Source: Chlamydiales bacterium
GTDB lineage: Bacteria > Chlamydiota > Chlamydiia > Chlamydiales > JBDQID01
Direction: 5' to 3'
DNA length: 15,965 nucleotides
Assembly (NCBI GenBank): GCA_047611865.1
Contig: JBLFWS010000067.1
Coordinates: forward strand, 1 to 15,965
Position 1 is the stretch's first letter, and each line of letters begins with the position of its first letter. Below, in pieces: positions 8,293 through 15,965 of the stretch. Both the position numbers and the translations under genes were made by a program. Under the pieces are notes generated by a model. The model saw only the letters and a program-made list of their open reading frames with translations, was not told where the DNA came from and did not search any database.

Positions 8293-8604
8293 ATGACAGC
8301 GTATTTAGTTGGTGGCCTGATTGGGTTAGGTACAGGTTTAGTAAGTATAAGAGCAGTGATGAACCCTAAAGATGCTACTCGTGAGGCTACGGGTGCAAAA
8401 GATGCTGTAGCAGATGTGGCAAATGCTACGATGGGCTTGTATTCGGCCGCTGTTGAGCAAGATTCTGGAAAGTTATGGGAATCTGCGAAGTACTTTGTTA
8501 AAGCTCCCTTGCATACAGTGGACGCAGTGGTCTATACGACATCAGTAATTGTTCCTTTTGTTCCAATAGGGTGGCCCTGGGCAACACTTAGGGGGCATTC
8601 ATAA
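8293..8604 (+). CDS. Small hypothetical membrane-associated protein (~103 aa)
   Basis: The ORF track starts at 8239, but SD AAAGGA (8281-8286) favours the in-frame ATG at 8293. Gly-rich hydrophobic N-terminus LVGGLIGLGTGLVSI and a hydrophobic C-terminal segment. Confidence 0.7.
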   Translation: MTAYLVGGLIGLGTGLVSIRAVMNPKDATREATGAKDAVADVANATMGLYSAAVEQDSGKLWESAKYFVKAPLHTVDAVVYTTSVIVPFVPIGWPWATLRGHS

Positions 8605-8640
8605 ATAAAAAAATCTTTTGTAAAAAGGCCTCAGACAATA

Positions 8641-8670
8641 TTGACAATATTCTAATATTTATTCTAATCT
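8641..8670 (+). promoter_or_regulatory. Putative sigma66/sigma70 promoter for the 8769/10017 gene pair
   Basis: TTGACA (8641-8646)-N18-TAATCT. The -35 overlaps a GACAATATT tandem duplication (8634-8651) that also forms the palindrome AATATTG-A-CAATATT. Confidence 0.45.
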
Positions 8671-8768
8671 GCGAAATTTAAATTTTGATTTACGAGGTTC
8701 TGAAGGATTTGATAGCTTCGTGATCTTCTGAGAAGAGGTTTTTAGTAACTACAAATAAGGGGTGAAAT

Positions 8769-9995
8769 ATGAGTTTTGATTCGATTGCGTCAAATTTAGC
8801 AGGTGCGAACCCGTTGGAAAATGCACCCTTTGGCTTGGGGGCTGGTGTAGAGACCCCCGAACTTCTCAATGCTTTTTCAAGTGGATCCATTGCAAGTAGT
8901 CTGAGCAAGCTCAGTCAGGTAGTTGGGGTCGCCCTCATTAGCCAGGCCGCTATGAAGATTTTGCAGTTCGGAACAAGATTATCAGTACCTATGGCCTCAT
9001 GTTTGGTAAGCCTAACTTCGTCAGGAACTACAGAGGTTCAAATTCGGCATCATTTTACAGAAATTAAAAATGTGTTGAAAGAGCATGCGAGTGAACTCAT
9101 GCATATAGCCTCCCTGGTTACAGCTGCTGCAATGCTTATTTTTGGACCACCCGTTACGGGCTATGCAGGCATCGCCCTGACATTAAATATTTTGTACATG
9201 GCGAGTAAAGAGCTTAAAGACTCTTCCACTTACAGAGGCTTAGCTGAAAGCTTGAACAACTTGTTTCAGGGTGGTGTGGTGAATGTGGAGGAAGTATTAC
9301 AAACTGGGATTCCAGAAGTTCTTAGACGCGAAGCAGTCGTTACAGAAAATCTTAGGGGAGAAGAAGTAGTTGATGAAGAGCTTGAATTAGCTGGTCTTCG
9401 TGGAGAAGAAGCAGTTGATGAAGAGCTTGAATTAGCAGGTCTTGGGCTTCCGCTTGTGTCTGAAAACAATGCTGCGGATTCTTTACCGGACATTGAGCAA
9501 GCTAGTGTGGCTTTAGAACCTCCAGTAGTAGTGCTTGCTACTCCCTTGATACAGGTAAGTGTGGATTTAGTTCCAAAGATTACTCTGCCTTCCAGAGCGA
9601 TTATGCTGGAGAAGTTAAATGCTGTTATCAACTCCACAGTGCTTAATGAAAAAGTTTACCAGGAAATCCTTAATGAAGCGGGTAAGCAAAAAGAGGCAAT
9701 GGAAGCCATAGATATGTTTTGCAGAGCCACAAGGGACTTTAAAAAGAGAATTCCTGAAATCATCGAGGTAAAGAAGCAGAGGGATTTGAATTCTTTTCTG
9801 AAGGAAGAGGAAGGAAACTTTATGCTCGTTGCCATGAATTATATTGAAGCTATATTCGGGCATGATTCAGATCTCTTAGAGAAAGCAGAGGGACACTACC
9901 TTAGTTCGCTAGAGTCAGTCCGAGGTTTTCACAATATGGTCGATGAAAAGCTCGACGAAGTGGCAGCCCTTTCAGGAACAGATATAGACCTCTAA
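8769..9995 (+). CDS. Hypothetical protein with Inc-like bilobed hydrophobic N-terminal domain, acidic linker and helical C-terminal domain
   Basis: 408 aa with SD-like AAGGGG upstream. Hydrophobic pairs at about aa 45-85 and 110-145. No classical signal peptide is evident. Confidence 0.85.
   Translation: MSFDSIASNLAGANPLENAPFGLGAGVETPELLNAFSSGSIASSLSKLSQVVGVALISQAAMKILQFGTRLSVPMASCLVSLTSSGTTEVQIRHHFTEIKNVLKEHASELMHIASLVTAAAMLIFGPPVTGYAGIALTLNILYMASKELKDSSTYRGLAESLNNLFQGGVVNVEEVLQTGIPEVLRREAVVTENLRGEEVVDEELELAGLRGEEAVDEELELAGLGLPLVSENNAADSLPDIEQASVALEPPVVVLATPLIQVSVDLVPKITLPSRAIMLEKLNAVINSTVLNEKVYQEILNEAGKQKEAMEAIDMFCRATRDFKKRIPEIIEVKKQRDLNSFLKEEEGNFMLVAMNYIEAIFGHDSDLLEKAEGHYLSSLESVRGFHNMVDEKLDEVAALSGTDIDL
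9351..9440 (+). repeat. In-frame 45-bp tandem duplication (LRGEEV/AVDEELELAG x2)
   Basis: Units 9351-9395 and 9396-9440 match at 41 of 45 nt. A degenerate shorter unit (LRREAVVTEN) precedes them at 9321-9350. Confidence 0.95.
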
Positions 9996-10016
9996 TAAAT
10001 AACGCAAAAGGCTCCT

Positions 10017-11180
10017 TTGATGGCAGTAACGATGTTAATGAATATGAACTTTACAGAATACAATAGAACTATTGCTTGCGCTTTTGGAGCTTTTGGCGAG
10101 AGCGTAGAAGTGGGCATTCCCGAAAGTGATACAAAATGGCGAAGTGTTCTCTCCATGGCGTCAAAAGTGGCACAGCTCGCTGCTGGGATCATGATGTGTC
10201 AGGAAGCTTTGTGGGTAAAAGATTTTGATTTCGTTGGGGGGGCTGTTGTTGCGACTTTAGTTTCAACCTCTCTCGTTTTATCCCTCAAAGGACTAGATCA
10301 CCTTACAGCTGGTAAAGGTTTTAATCGCTACGTTAAGTTAGTAGACAAACAGATAGGTAACTTAGGGCAAGTGGCATTTTTTGCTTCTACAATAGCGTTG
10401 CTTGTACTTGAGGTAGCAGTGTCACAGGTAGCTTTAGCTTCTCTGGGTATTAATGTTCTTTACTGTGTTGGGAAAGTGGGGAGAATATACCTTGAGAAAT
10501 GTGAGGAGAGACCTCCTCAAACATTGATTCCTGTGGATGAGAGGCCTTGCTTTTCAGATTATGACTCCAGTGGCGAGGAAGAGGCAGAAGGCGTTTTACA
10601 GCTTGATGGGACCTCCCTTGATGCTCGTAATGTGAATGTCTCTTTGAGCGATTTTCTTAGCTTTTTGCAAGAACACCCTGAAATACAAAGCCTGGAACTG
10701 CCGAAGTGCTTTATACAAGAACTTCAAGAAAGAGACGTGCGCAAAATCTTTGTGAAACTTCCTAACATACAACAAGTCAATATTGACAGTGATGGAGAAA
10801 AAAAGGAACTTATAGAACGTTACTTGCGGGGTTATATGCAGCTGGTAGCTATACAAGCTAAGCTTCATGAAAGCACAGAGCTGGACATCTCCCAAAGCGA
10901 TATTTCTTTAGACCAGTTCAATGACCTTATTAACAGAAGAAACAAGGAACGAATTAAGCACTTGGAGCATCTACAAGCTTTTCCTGAAAGAATTGCAAGT
11001 AAATTTACAGAGAGGGATCTCAGAAAGGCTCTATTAAGGCTATCGGGTTTGAAGACCATAGATTTAGCAGGTTGTGATAAGCTGACACCTCAAATCATGG
11101 AGGGTGTTCAGGCTTCATTTTCTAAAGTGAAGTTTTTTTTGAAGGTAGAAGCGCACTCTCAAGGGTCTGCACAAAGCTGA
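10017..11180 (+). CDS. Hypothetical protein with Inc-like hydrophobic N-terminal domain and C-terminal LRR-like repeats
   Basis: Up to 387 aa; the true start may be one of the ATGs at 10020-10044. Four hydrophobic segments, an acidic linker DYDSSGEEEAE, and LRR units IQSLELPKC, LPNIQQVNI and LSGLKTIDLAGCDKLT. It starts about 20 bp after the previous gene, suggesting co-transcription. Confidence 0.85.
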   Translation: MMAVTMLMNMNFTEYNRTIACAFGAFGESVEVGIPESDTKWRSVLSMASKVAQLAAGIMMCQEALWVKDFDFVGGAVVATLVSTSLVLSLKGLDHLTAGKGFNRYVKLVDKQIGNLGQVAFFASTIALLVLEVAVSQVALASLGINVLYCVGKVGRIYLEKCEERPPQTLIPVDERPCFSDYDSSGEEEAEGVLQLDGTSLDARNVNVSLSDFLSFLQEHPEIQSLELPKCFIQELQERDVRKIFVKLPNIQQVNIDSDGEKKELIERYLRGYMQLVAIQAKLHESTELDISQSDISLDQFNDLINRRNKERIKHLEHLQAFPERIASKFTERDLRKALLRLSGLKTIDLAGCDKLTPQIMEGVQASFSKVKFFLKVEAHSQGSAQS

Positions 11181-11449
11181 AATATGGCGGTTGAGGAGTA
11201 AGATTTTCTCGCCTGAAGTATATGTACTATAGCGGACTCGAACGTAAACTCAAAGTTTAGGGTGGAGTCCGAGACGTGTTTTAAAACTTGGGTGGACGCC
11301 TAATTTTCTGTATAGGCTCACCTAGGTCGTGTATTAAAATTACGGAACGCTGCTTTTGGAGCCTTTTTTCACACTTTTGAATCGCACCCAACTCACCTAC
11401 TTGTCTAAGTATGGAGAGTTGTAAGTTATCTCAAAAAAGAGGACTAGCT

Positions 11450-12052
11450 CTATCCTGACGTAACTAGAGGATCCCTTTTTAATTTAGTGACGATCTCTGT
11501 GAGCTTCTTGCCTAAGTCTGCGACAGATTTTCCGCTATCCTGATCTTTGAAAGATCCATCTTCATTGAGTGCTTCGTGAACTACAGGAACGGCAACTTGA
11601 TCGGGAATTACCAAGACATGGATGTTTCCCAGGATTGCCCTTACATGAACTAGACCTCTAAGTCCACCAAAACCTCCTGGTGAGGCGCTCATAAGAGCTG
11701 CAACTTTACCTTTGAAGGCAATTAAAGATGCCTCTCCATCCTCAGGACGAGATACCCAGTCGATAGCATTTTTTAGAAGGGGGGTGATAGAGCTATTGTA
11801 TTCTGGTGCAGCGATTAAAAAACCATCGCTTTCAATCATCAGCTTTTTGAATTTTTTCGCATTTTCTGGCAGGCCTTCAGTAGCTTCAAGGTCTCCGTTA
11901 TATAGTGGCATGGGAAAGTCGGCTAAATCTACGATGGTCACCTCTGCGCCGGCATCTTTGGCACCTTGTACAGCCGTTTTCAGGATTTTTTTATTAAAGG
12001 AAGCTTTACGTGCACTTCCGGAAAAAGCAAGGAGCTTAGCTTTTTGTGTCAA
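11450..12052 (-). CDS. NAD(P)H-dependent FMN reductase (SsuE/ChrR flavodoxin-like family)
   Basis: Motifs AFSGSARKASFN, PLYNGDLE, DGFLIAAPEYNSSITPLLKNAIDWVSR and SASPGGFGGLRG. TTG start with SD GAGAGGT (12057-12063). Confidence 0.95.
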   Translation of the reverse strand: MTQKAKLLAFSGSARKASFNKKILKTAVQGAKDAGAEVTIVDLADFPMPLYNGDLEATEGLPENAKKFKKLMIESDGFLIAAPEYNSSITPLLKNAIDWVSRPEDGEASLIAFKGKVAALMSASPGGFGGLRGLVHVRAILGNIHVLVIPDQVAVPVVHEALNEDGSFKDQDSGKSVADLGKKLTEIVTKLKRDPLVTSG

Positions 12053-12127
12053 AATAACCTCTCATTTATCACAAGAATATTTATTCAAATACAGGGTAAA
12101 ATGTCAAGGAATGTTAACCTTGTGGGT

Positions 12128-12156
12128 TTGACAATTATGTATTTGAGAGTTATCGT
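12128..12156 (+). promoter_or_regulatory. Putative sigma66/sigma70 promoter for the ankyrin gene
   Basis: TTGACA (12128-12133)-N17-TATCGT (12151-12156), 25 bp upstream of the ORF. Confidence 0.55.
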
Positions 12157-12181
12157 TTCAAATTGAAAATTTGAAACGAGA

Positions 12182-14350
12182 GTGAATTTACCAATGAAAA
12201 TTGATCAGACGAATTTTGCGGAAGTACTGAAATGTGAAAGTGAAGAAGAACTTATCCAACGATTTAGTGATAACGAGACTGATTTAAGATCCTTAGTTCA
12301 TTGCTTTAATGAAGAGAAAGGTTGGCTAAAGAGCCATCACAATTTAGCCTACAAGGCGATAAGGATAATTACAAAGACAGAACAGAATTCTGAAGATCGG
12401 ACCCGTTTTTTTCGGGCAATTCAAGCTAGTGGACTGTTGAGTTGGAGACGAGTTGAGGTGCGTAAACTTTTCGATGAGCAGTGCATTAGTAAGAATGAAA
12501 CGCTTATTAATGAACTGTACGAGAGTACCGATGGGGTGAATGCCTATAGCCTCTTTTTCACAGCTGTTCGTGAGGGATTACCTGACGTGGCGAGAAGGAT
12601 TTTAGGAGAGGGTATTGATGTTAATATAGGCAACAGAGAGGGATATAGCCCTGTTCATCTTGCGGCGCTTTCAGGCAATGCAGAACTTATTGAAATTCTA
12701 TTTGAGCACCACGCAAATGTTGATGCAGTAATGTATGGGAATGTCACAGCTCTACACCTGGCTGTTGACAAGGGACACATAGAATGTGTGTCGAGATTAA
12801 TAAACTGTGGTGCCAAGGTCAATGCGTATGATGAGGATAGGAGAACAGCTATGCACAGGGCTGTAGCTCATCGAGACCAGGAAATGATGACTCTGTTACT
12901 TGATAGCGGGGCTTTGATAGACCAAAAGGATGAAAATGGAAATAGTCCTTTATTAGATGCTTCTGAAAGTGATTTTTACGAGGTGGTGGCTTATCTTGTA
13001 GACAAGGATGCTGATCTTAGTATTCAAAATAATCGGGGATTGACAGCCCTTCAGTATGGAATCAGAAATGTAAATAGAGAGATCGTTTTTAAGATTCTTG
13101 ATAGGAGTCCTTCATTGGACACCCAGGACTATGAAGGGAATTCGCTCTTTCATCTGTTAAGCAATATGGGACATGTTCAGTTTGCTAAGGAATTAATTTC
13201 ACGTGGCGCAGATACAAATGTTCAGGACCATTCGAGAAAGGTTCCTCTACATCTTGCGGCAGAGAACGGAGATCTTGACATGGTTTCACTACTGTTGCCA
13301 CACACTCGGAATATTAATACTGCGGATGAAAATGGAAGCACAGCTCTCCATCTAGCATCTTCCCAAGGCCATGAATCTGTTGTTTGGTTTTTATTGGAAA
13401 AAGGCGTTCTCGTTGATGAGAAAGATACGAGAGGGGCTACTCCGTTATATAATGCTTCCGCATCAGGGAAAGTTTCTGTGGCGACTCTTCTTCTTCAATA
13501 TGGTGCAGATATTAACAGTACTACAGTTTGTGGGGAGACGCCCCTTTATACGGCTGTTTTTTTTGGATTCCGGAGTACCTCGGATTTACTCTTATCTCAA
13601 AATGCCAACGTGAACCTGGCAAATATTGAGGATTCTACACCATTGCACGCAGCTATGGGGGGAGGTCTTATAAAGATAGGAGAGAAGCTTATTGTGGAGT
13701 ACGGCGCAGAAGTCTCAGCAAAAGACAAGAATGGAAATACTCCCATGCACTTGGCAGCAGCAATGGGTAAAAAAGAAGCTCTTGATTTCCTTATAAATAA
13801 GGGGGCTTCTATACGAGCTTTGAATACATCAAAGGAGACACCTCTGCATATGGCAGCAGGTAATGGTCACCGGGGTGCTGTTGAAGTTCTTCTAGCTAGC
13901 AACACAGAGCTTGACCTACAGGATGGCACAGGAGCTACGGCTATATTCAAAGCTGTATCTTCCGAGAGTGTGAACATCGTCAAGCTACTAGTAGAAAAAG
14001 GGGGAGATGTAGATATTGCTGACGACAGAAATCGTACACCTTTGTATATGGCTACATTGTTAGGCAACAAGAAGATAGTTTCTTTTTTGTTGGGTCAGAA
14101 AGCCAATACACAATTCGGAGATGATGCAGGGGTAACACCTCTCCACCTGGCCGTGGGAAAAGGGTTCGACGGCATACGCCATGAACTCATTGAGGCAGGT
14201 GCAGATGTAAATGCTTCAGATGAGACAGGAGTAACACCGATTGAGCTGGCTTTTCAAACGGGGCAGACAATAATGGCGATGCAAATGCTCATCGATGAAC
14301 CAGACGCTCTGGGGACAATTAGTAGATATGCTGAACTATTTACAGAATAA
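12182..14350 (+). CDS. Ankyrin repeat protein (~18 repeats) with unique ~120-aa N-terminal domain
   Basis: 33-aa periodic GxT/SPLHxAA...G...V..LL..GA.VN units (for example GYSPVHLAA, GSTALHLAS, GNTPMHLAA, GVTPLHLAV). Start is GTG 12182 or ATG 12194. Confidence 0.96.
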   Translation: MNLPMKIDQTNFAEVLKCESEEELIQRFSDNETDLRSLVHCFNEEKGWLKSHHNLAYKAIRIITKTEQNSEDRTRFFRAIQASGLLSWRRVEVRKLFDEQCISKNETLINELYESTDGVNAYSLFFTAVREGLPDVARRILGEGIDVNIGNREGYSPVHLAALSGNAELIEILFEHHANVDAVMYGNVTALHLAVDKGHIECVSRLINCGAKVNAYDEDRRTAMHRAVAHRDQEMMTLLLDSGALIDQKDENGNSPLLDASESDFYEVVAYLVDKDADLSIQNNRGLTALQYGIRNVNREIVFKILDRSPSLDTQDYEGNSLFHLLSNMGHVQFAKELISRGADTNVQDHSRKVPLHLAAENGDLDMVSLLLPHTRNINTADENGSTALHLASSQGHESVVWFLLEKGVLVDEKDTRGATPLYNASASGKVSVATLLLQYGADINSTTVCGETPLYTAVFFGFRSTSDLLLSQNANVNLANIEDSTPLHAAMGGGLIKIGEKLIVEYGAEVSAKDKNGNTPMHLAAAMGKKEALDFLINKGASIRALNTSKETPLHMAAGNGHRGAVEVLLASNTELDLQDGTGATAIFKAVSSESVNIVKLLVEKGGDVDIADDRNRTPLYMATLLGNKKIVSFLLGQKANTQFGDDAGVTPLHLAVGKGFDGIRHELIEAGADVNASDETGVTPIELAFQTGQTIMAMQMLIDEPDALGTISRYAELFTE

Positions 14351-14358
14351 TACTATTG

Positions 14359-14374
14359 CGGCATGGGCATTGCT
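14359..14374 (+). promoter_or_regulatory. Putative sigma54 (-24/-12) promoter
   Basis: CGGCATG-GGCA-TTGCT matches YGGCAYR-N4-TTGCW with exact GG-N10-GC spacing. It is intergenic and points toward the Maf-like gene. Confidence 0.6.
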
Positions 14375-14545
14375 GGTTTTAGGAAAGATGAGAGAATCTT
14401 TCTTGATCGATTGCATAAGTTTTTTTGTACACAATTATGTACAGACGCCTATATTGTATAATTTATACCGAAGTCGATTCTTGGTTTTTTTTGGGTATAG
14501 ATTTAGAGGCTTCACGATTATTCAAATTGGTCTTTGGGAGAAAAG

Positions 14546-15965
14546 ATGTTCGAAGAAAATATTAAGTTATTGCAGCAGCGGAGTCCTAGCTTTTCAATAG
14601 AGTCACAGCTGTTTTATATGCAGCCCATGCCTTTAACACAAACTCGTTGTGGTGAGCCGAACATGATGTTCGAATTTCGTGGAAATAACATCTTCCTTTA
14701 TTCAAACTATAGCGCTAAAAAGGAACTTCAAAAGTGGTTTTCCAGTTTGAATCTCTCAGGAATTAATGTCTTGGTAGTTTACGGAGTAGGTTTAGGTCAT
14801 TCTTTTGAGGTAATAAAATCCTGGCTTGAAGAAGACTCTAAACGTTACCTTATATACTTCGAAGATGAACCGGGGATATTCCGAACGTTTTTGGAAATGC
14901 CCTATGCGGCTAAAATTTTGTCCCACCCTCAGGTAGAGTTCAATTTCATTGATGAGAAAAATCGTGAAGATGCATGTAAAACTGTCGGCATGTATTACGT
15001 GAACCTCCCTTTTTCGGTAGAGGTGTCTAAAGCTTATAATCTTCTTAAGCCTGAAGCCTTCGACACCCTTAAGCGTACCTTGTATTATCAGTTTAACTAT
15101 TTTAACGGCGCTTACCCAGAATTTATCGAAGCTTTGGGAACACCTTATTTCCGTAACTTTTTTCCTAACGTCCTTCAGTTGGGACAATCCTATCTCGGGC
15201 AGAGGTTTTATGGTAATTTTGCTAATGTTCCAGCCATAATTTGTGGGGCCGGTCCATCTTTGGACAAAAACGCTCATATTCTTAAACAGCTAGACAAGCA
15301 TGCGGTTATTATTGCAGGTGGTTCAGCCATCAGTGCATTGAGCGCTAAAGGGGTTACTCCACATTTTGGGGGATGCTATGATCCTCACCCGGCACAGCAC
15401 GGAAGAGTTGCCAACCAAGTATGTTTCGAGCTACCGGTTTTCTATAAGCCACGCCTTAACTTTAGGGCCTTGCAAACACTTCATGGGCCGAAGATTTATA
15501 TGTCTGGAAATATCGCCTATCAAGTGACATCCTGGATAGAAAGGGAGCTTGGCGTTTGCGAAGAAAACTGTTTGGAAGGGGACAACATCCTCCACGCCCT
15601 TATTGAAATGGCTTGTTTGATGGGATGCAATCCGATAATCTTCGTGGGGATGGACCTGGCATTTACAGGTAAGCGCCTTTATTCTGCTGGCGTAGTATCG
15701 CGGCCAGAAGATAGTCACGAAGAAATGATTAAAGGAGAACACTTTGAAAATAACTGCATTGAAAGACTTGATATCTATGGTAATAATACATTTACCGTTC
15801 CAAAGTGGGTCAGAGAATCGGATTTTACGGCAGGATTTCCCTCCACTTACCCACATGTTGACTTTATAAATGCTACAGAAGGCGGTATCGGTTTCGAAGG
15901 CATCCCTAATGTGAAGCTCCAGGAAATAGTAGATAAGCAACTTAAGCAGCAATACGATATTCCGC
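14546..15965 (+). CDS. Motility-associated factor (Maf, DUF115/MAF_flag10) glycosyltransferase-like protein, 3'-partial
   Basis: Not in the ORF track because no stop falls within the window. GGAG SD then ATG at 14546; open for 473 codons: MFEENIKLL...LVVYGVGLGHS...VPAIICGAGPSLDKN...GCYDP...GCNPIIFVGMDLAF...FINATEGG. These are characteristic Maf/DUF115 motifs. Confidence 0.88.
   Translation, partial: MFEENIKLLQQRSPSFSIESQLFYMQPMPLTQTRCGEPNMMFEFRGNNIFLYSNYSAKKELQKWFSSLNLSGINVLVVYGVGLGHSFEVIKSWLEEDSKRYLIYFEDEPGIFRTFLEMPYAAKILSHPQVEFNFIDEKNREDACKTVGMYYVNLPFSVEVSKAYNLLKPEAFDTLKRTLYYQFNYFNGAYPEFIEALGTPYFRNFFPNVLQLGQSYLGQRFYGNFANVPAIICGAGPSLDKNAHILKQLDKHAVIIAGGSAISALSAKGVTPHFGGCYDPHPAQHGRVANQVCFELPVFYKPRLNFRALQTLHGPKIYMSGNIAYQVTSWIERELGVCEENCLEGDNILHALIEMACLMGCNPIIFVGMDLAFTGKRLYSAGVVSRPEDSHEEMIKGEHFENNCIERLDIYGNNTFTVPKWVRESDFTAGFPSTYPHVDFINATEGGIGFEGIPNVKLQEIVDKQLKQQYDIP

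Noticed and set aside
10548..10590. Possible FFAT (VAP-binding) motif CFSDYDS in the Inc-like protein
   Set aside because: Tyr occupies the position that requires Ala or Cys, and the acidic tract lies downstream rather than upstream. At most it is a CK2-type acidic cluster.
3686..11059. Other short ORFs nested in or antisense to the long CDSs (for example 3686-3993, 5877-7571, 8690-8908, 9266-10192, 10596-11059)
   Set aside because: They overlap longer, better-supported genes and have no independent motifs.
14295..15952. ORFs 14295-14600 (+), 14792-15277 (-) and 15431-15952 (-)
   Set aside because: Shadows of, or overlaps with, the ankyrin gene and the real Maf-like ORF starting at 14546.
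1..15965. CRISPR array, tRNA/rRNA, intact transposase or reverse transcriptase
   Set aside because: I saw no regularly spaced repeat-spacer units, no cloverleaf or rRNA signatures, and no DDE or RT motifs.

Overview
This window most likely comes from an environmental Chlamydiota (Parachlamydiales-like) intracellular bacterium. That is inferred from the TLC/NTT nucleotide transporter together with eukaryote-like LRR and ankyrin proteins. Contents in order: an NTT-family nucleotide transporter (-) with a bidirectional terminator; a probable decayed SAM-methyltransferase pseudogene; an 813-aa orphan protein; a GC-rich, hairpin-dense intergenic element; a split Cys-type LRR protein (-); a 226-bp MITE with 17-bp perfect terminal inverted repeats and a 9-bp target-site duplication; a small membrane protein; two adjacent paralogues that share a four-helix hydrophobic, Inc-like N-terminal domain but have different C-terminal tails; an NAD(P)H-dependent FMN reductase (-); an ankyrin protein with about 18 repeats; and a Maf/DUF115 glycosyltransferase-like gene that is absent from the ORF track, runs off the right end and is preceded by a consensus sigma54 promoter motif. 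About 10 kb of the window looks like an uncharacterised host-interaction (effector) cluster. All calls come from reading motifs by eye; no database searches were run.
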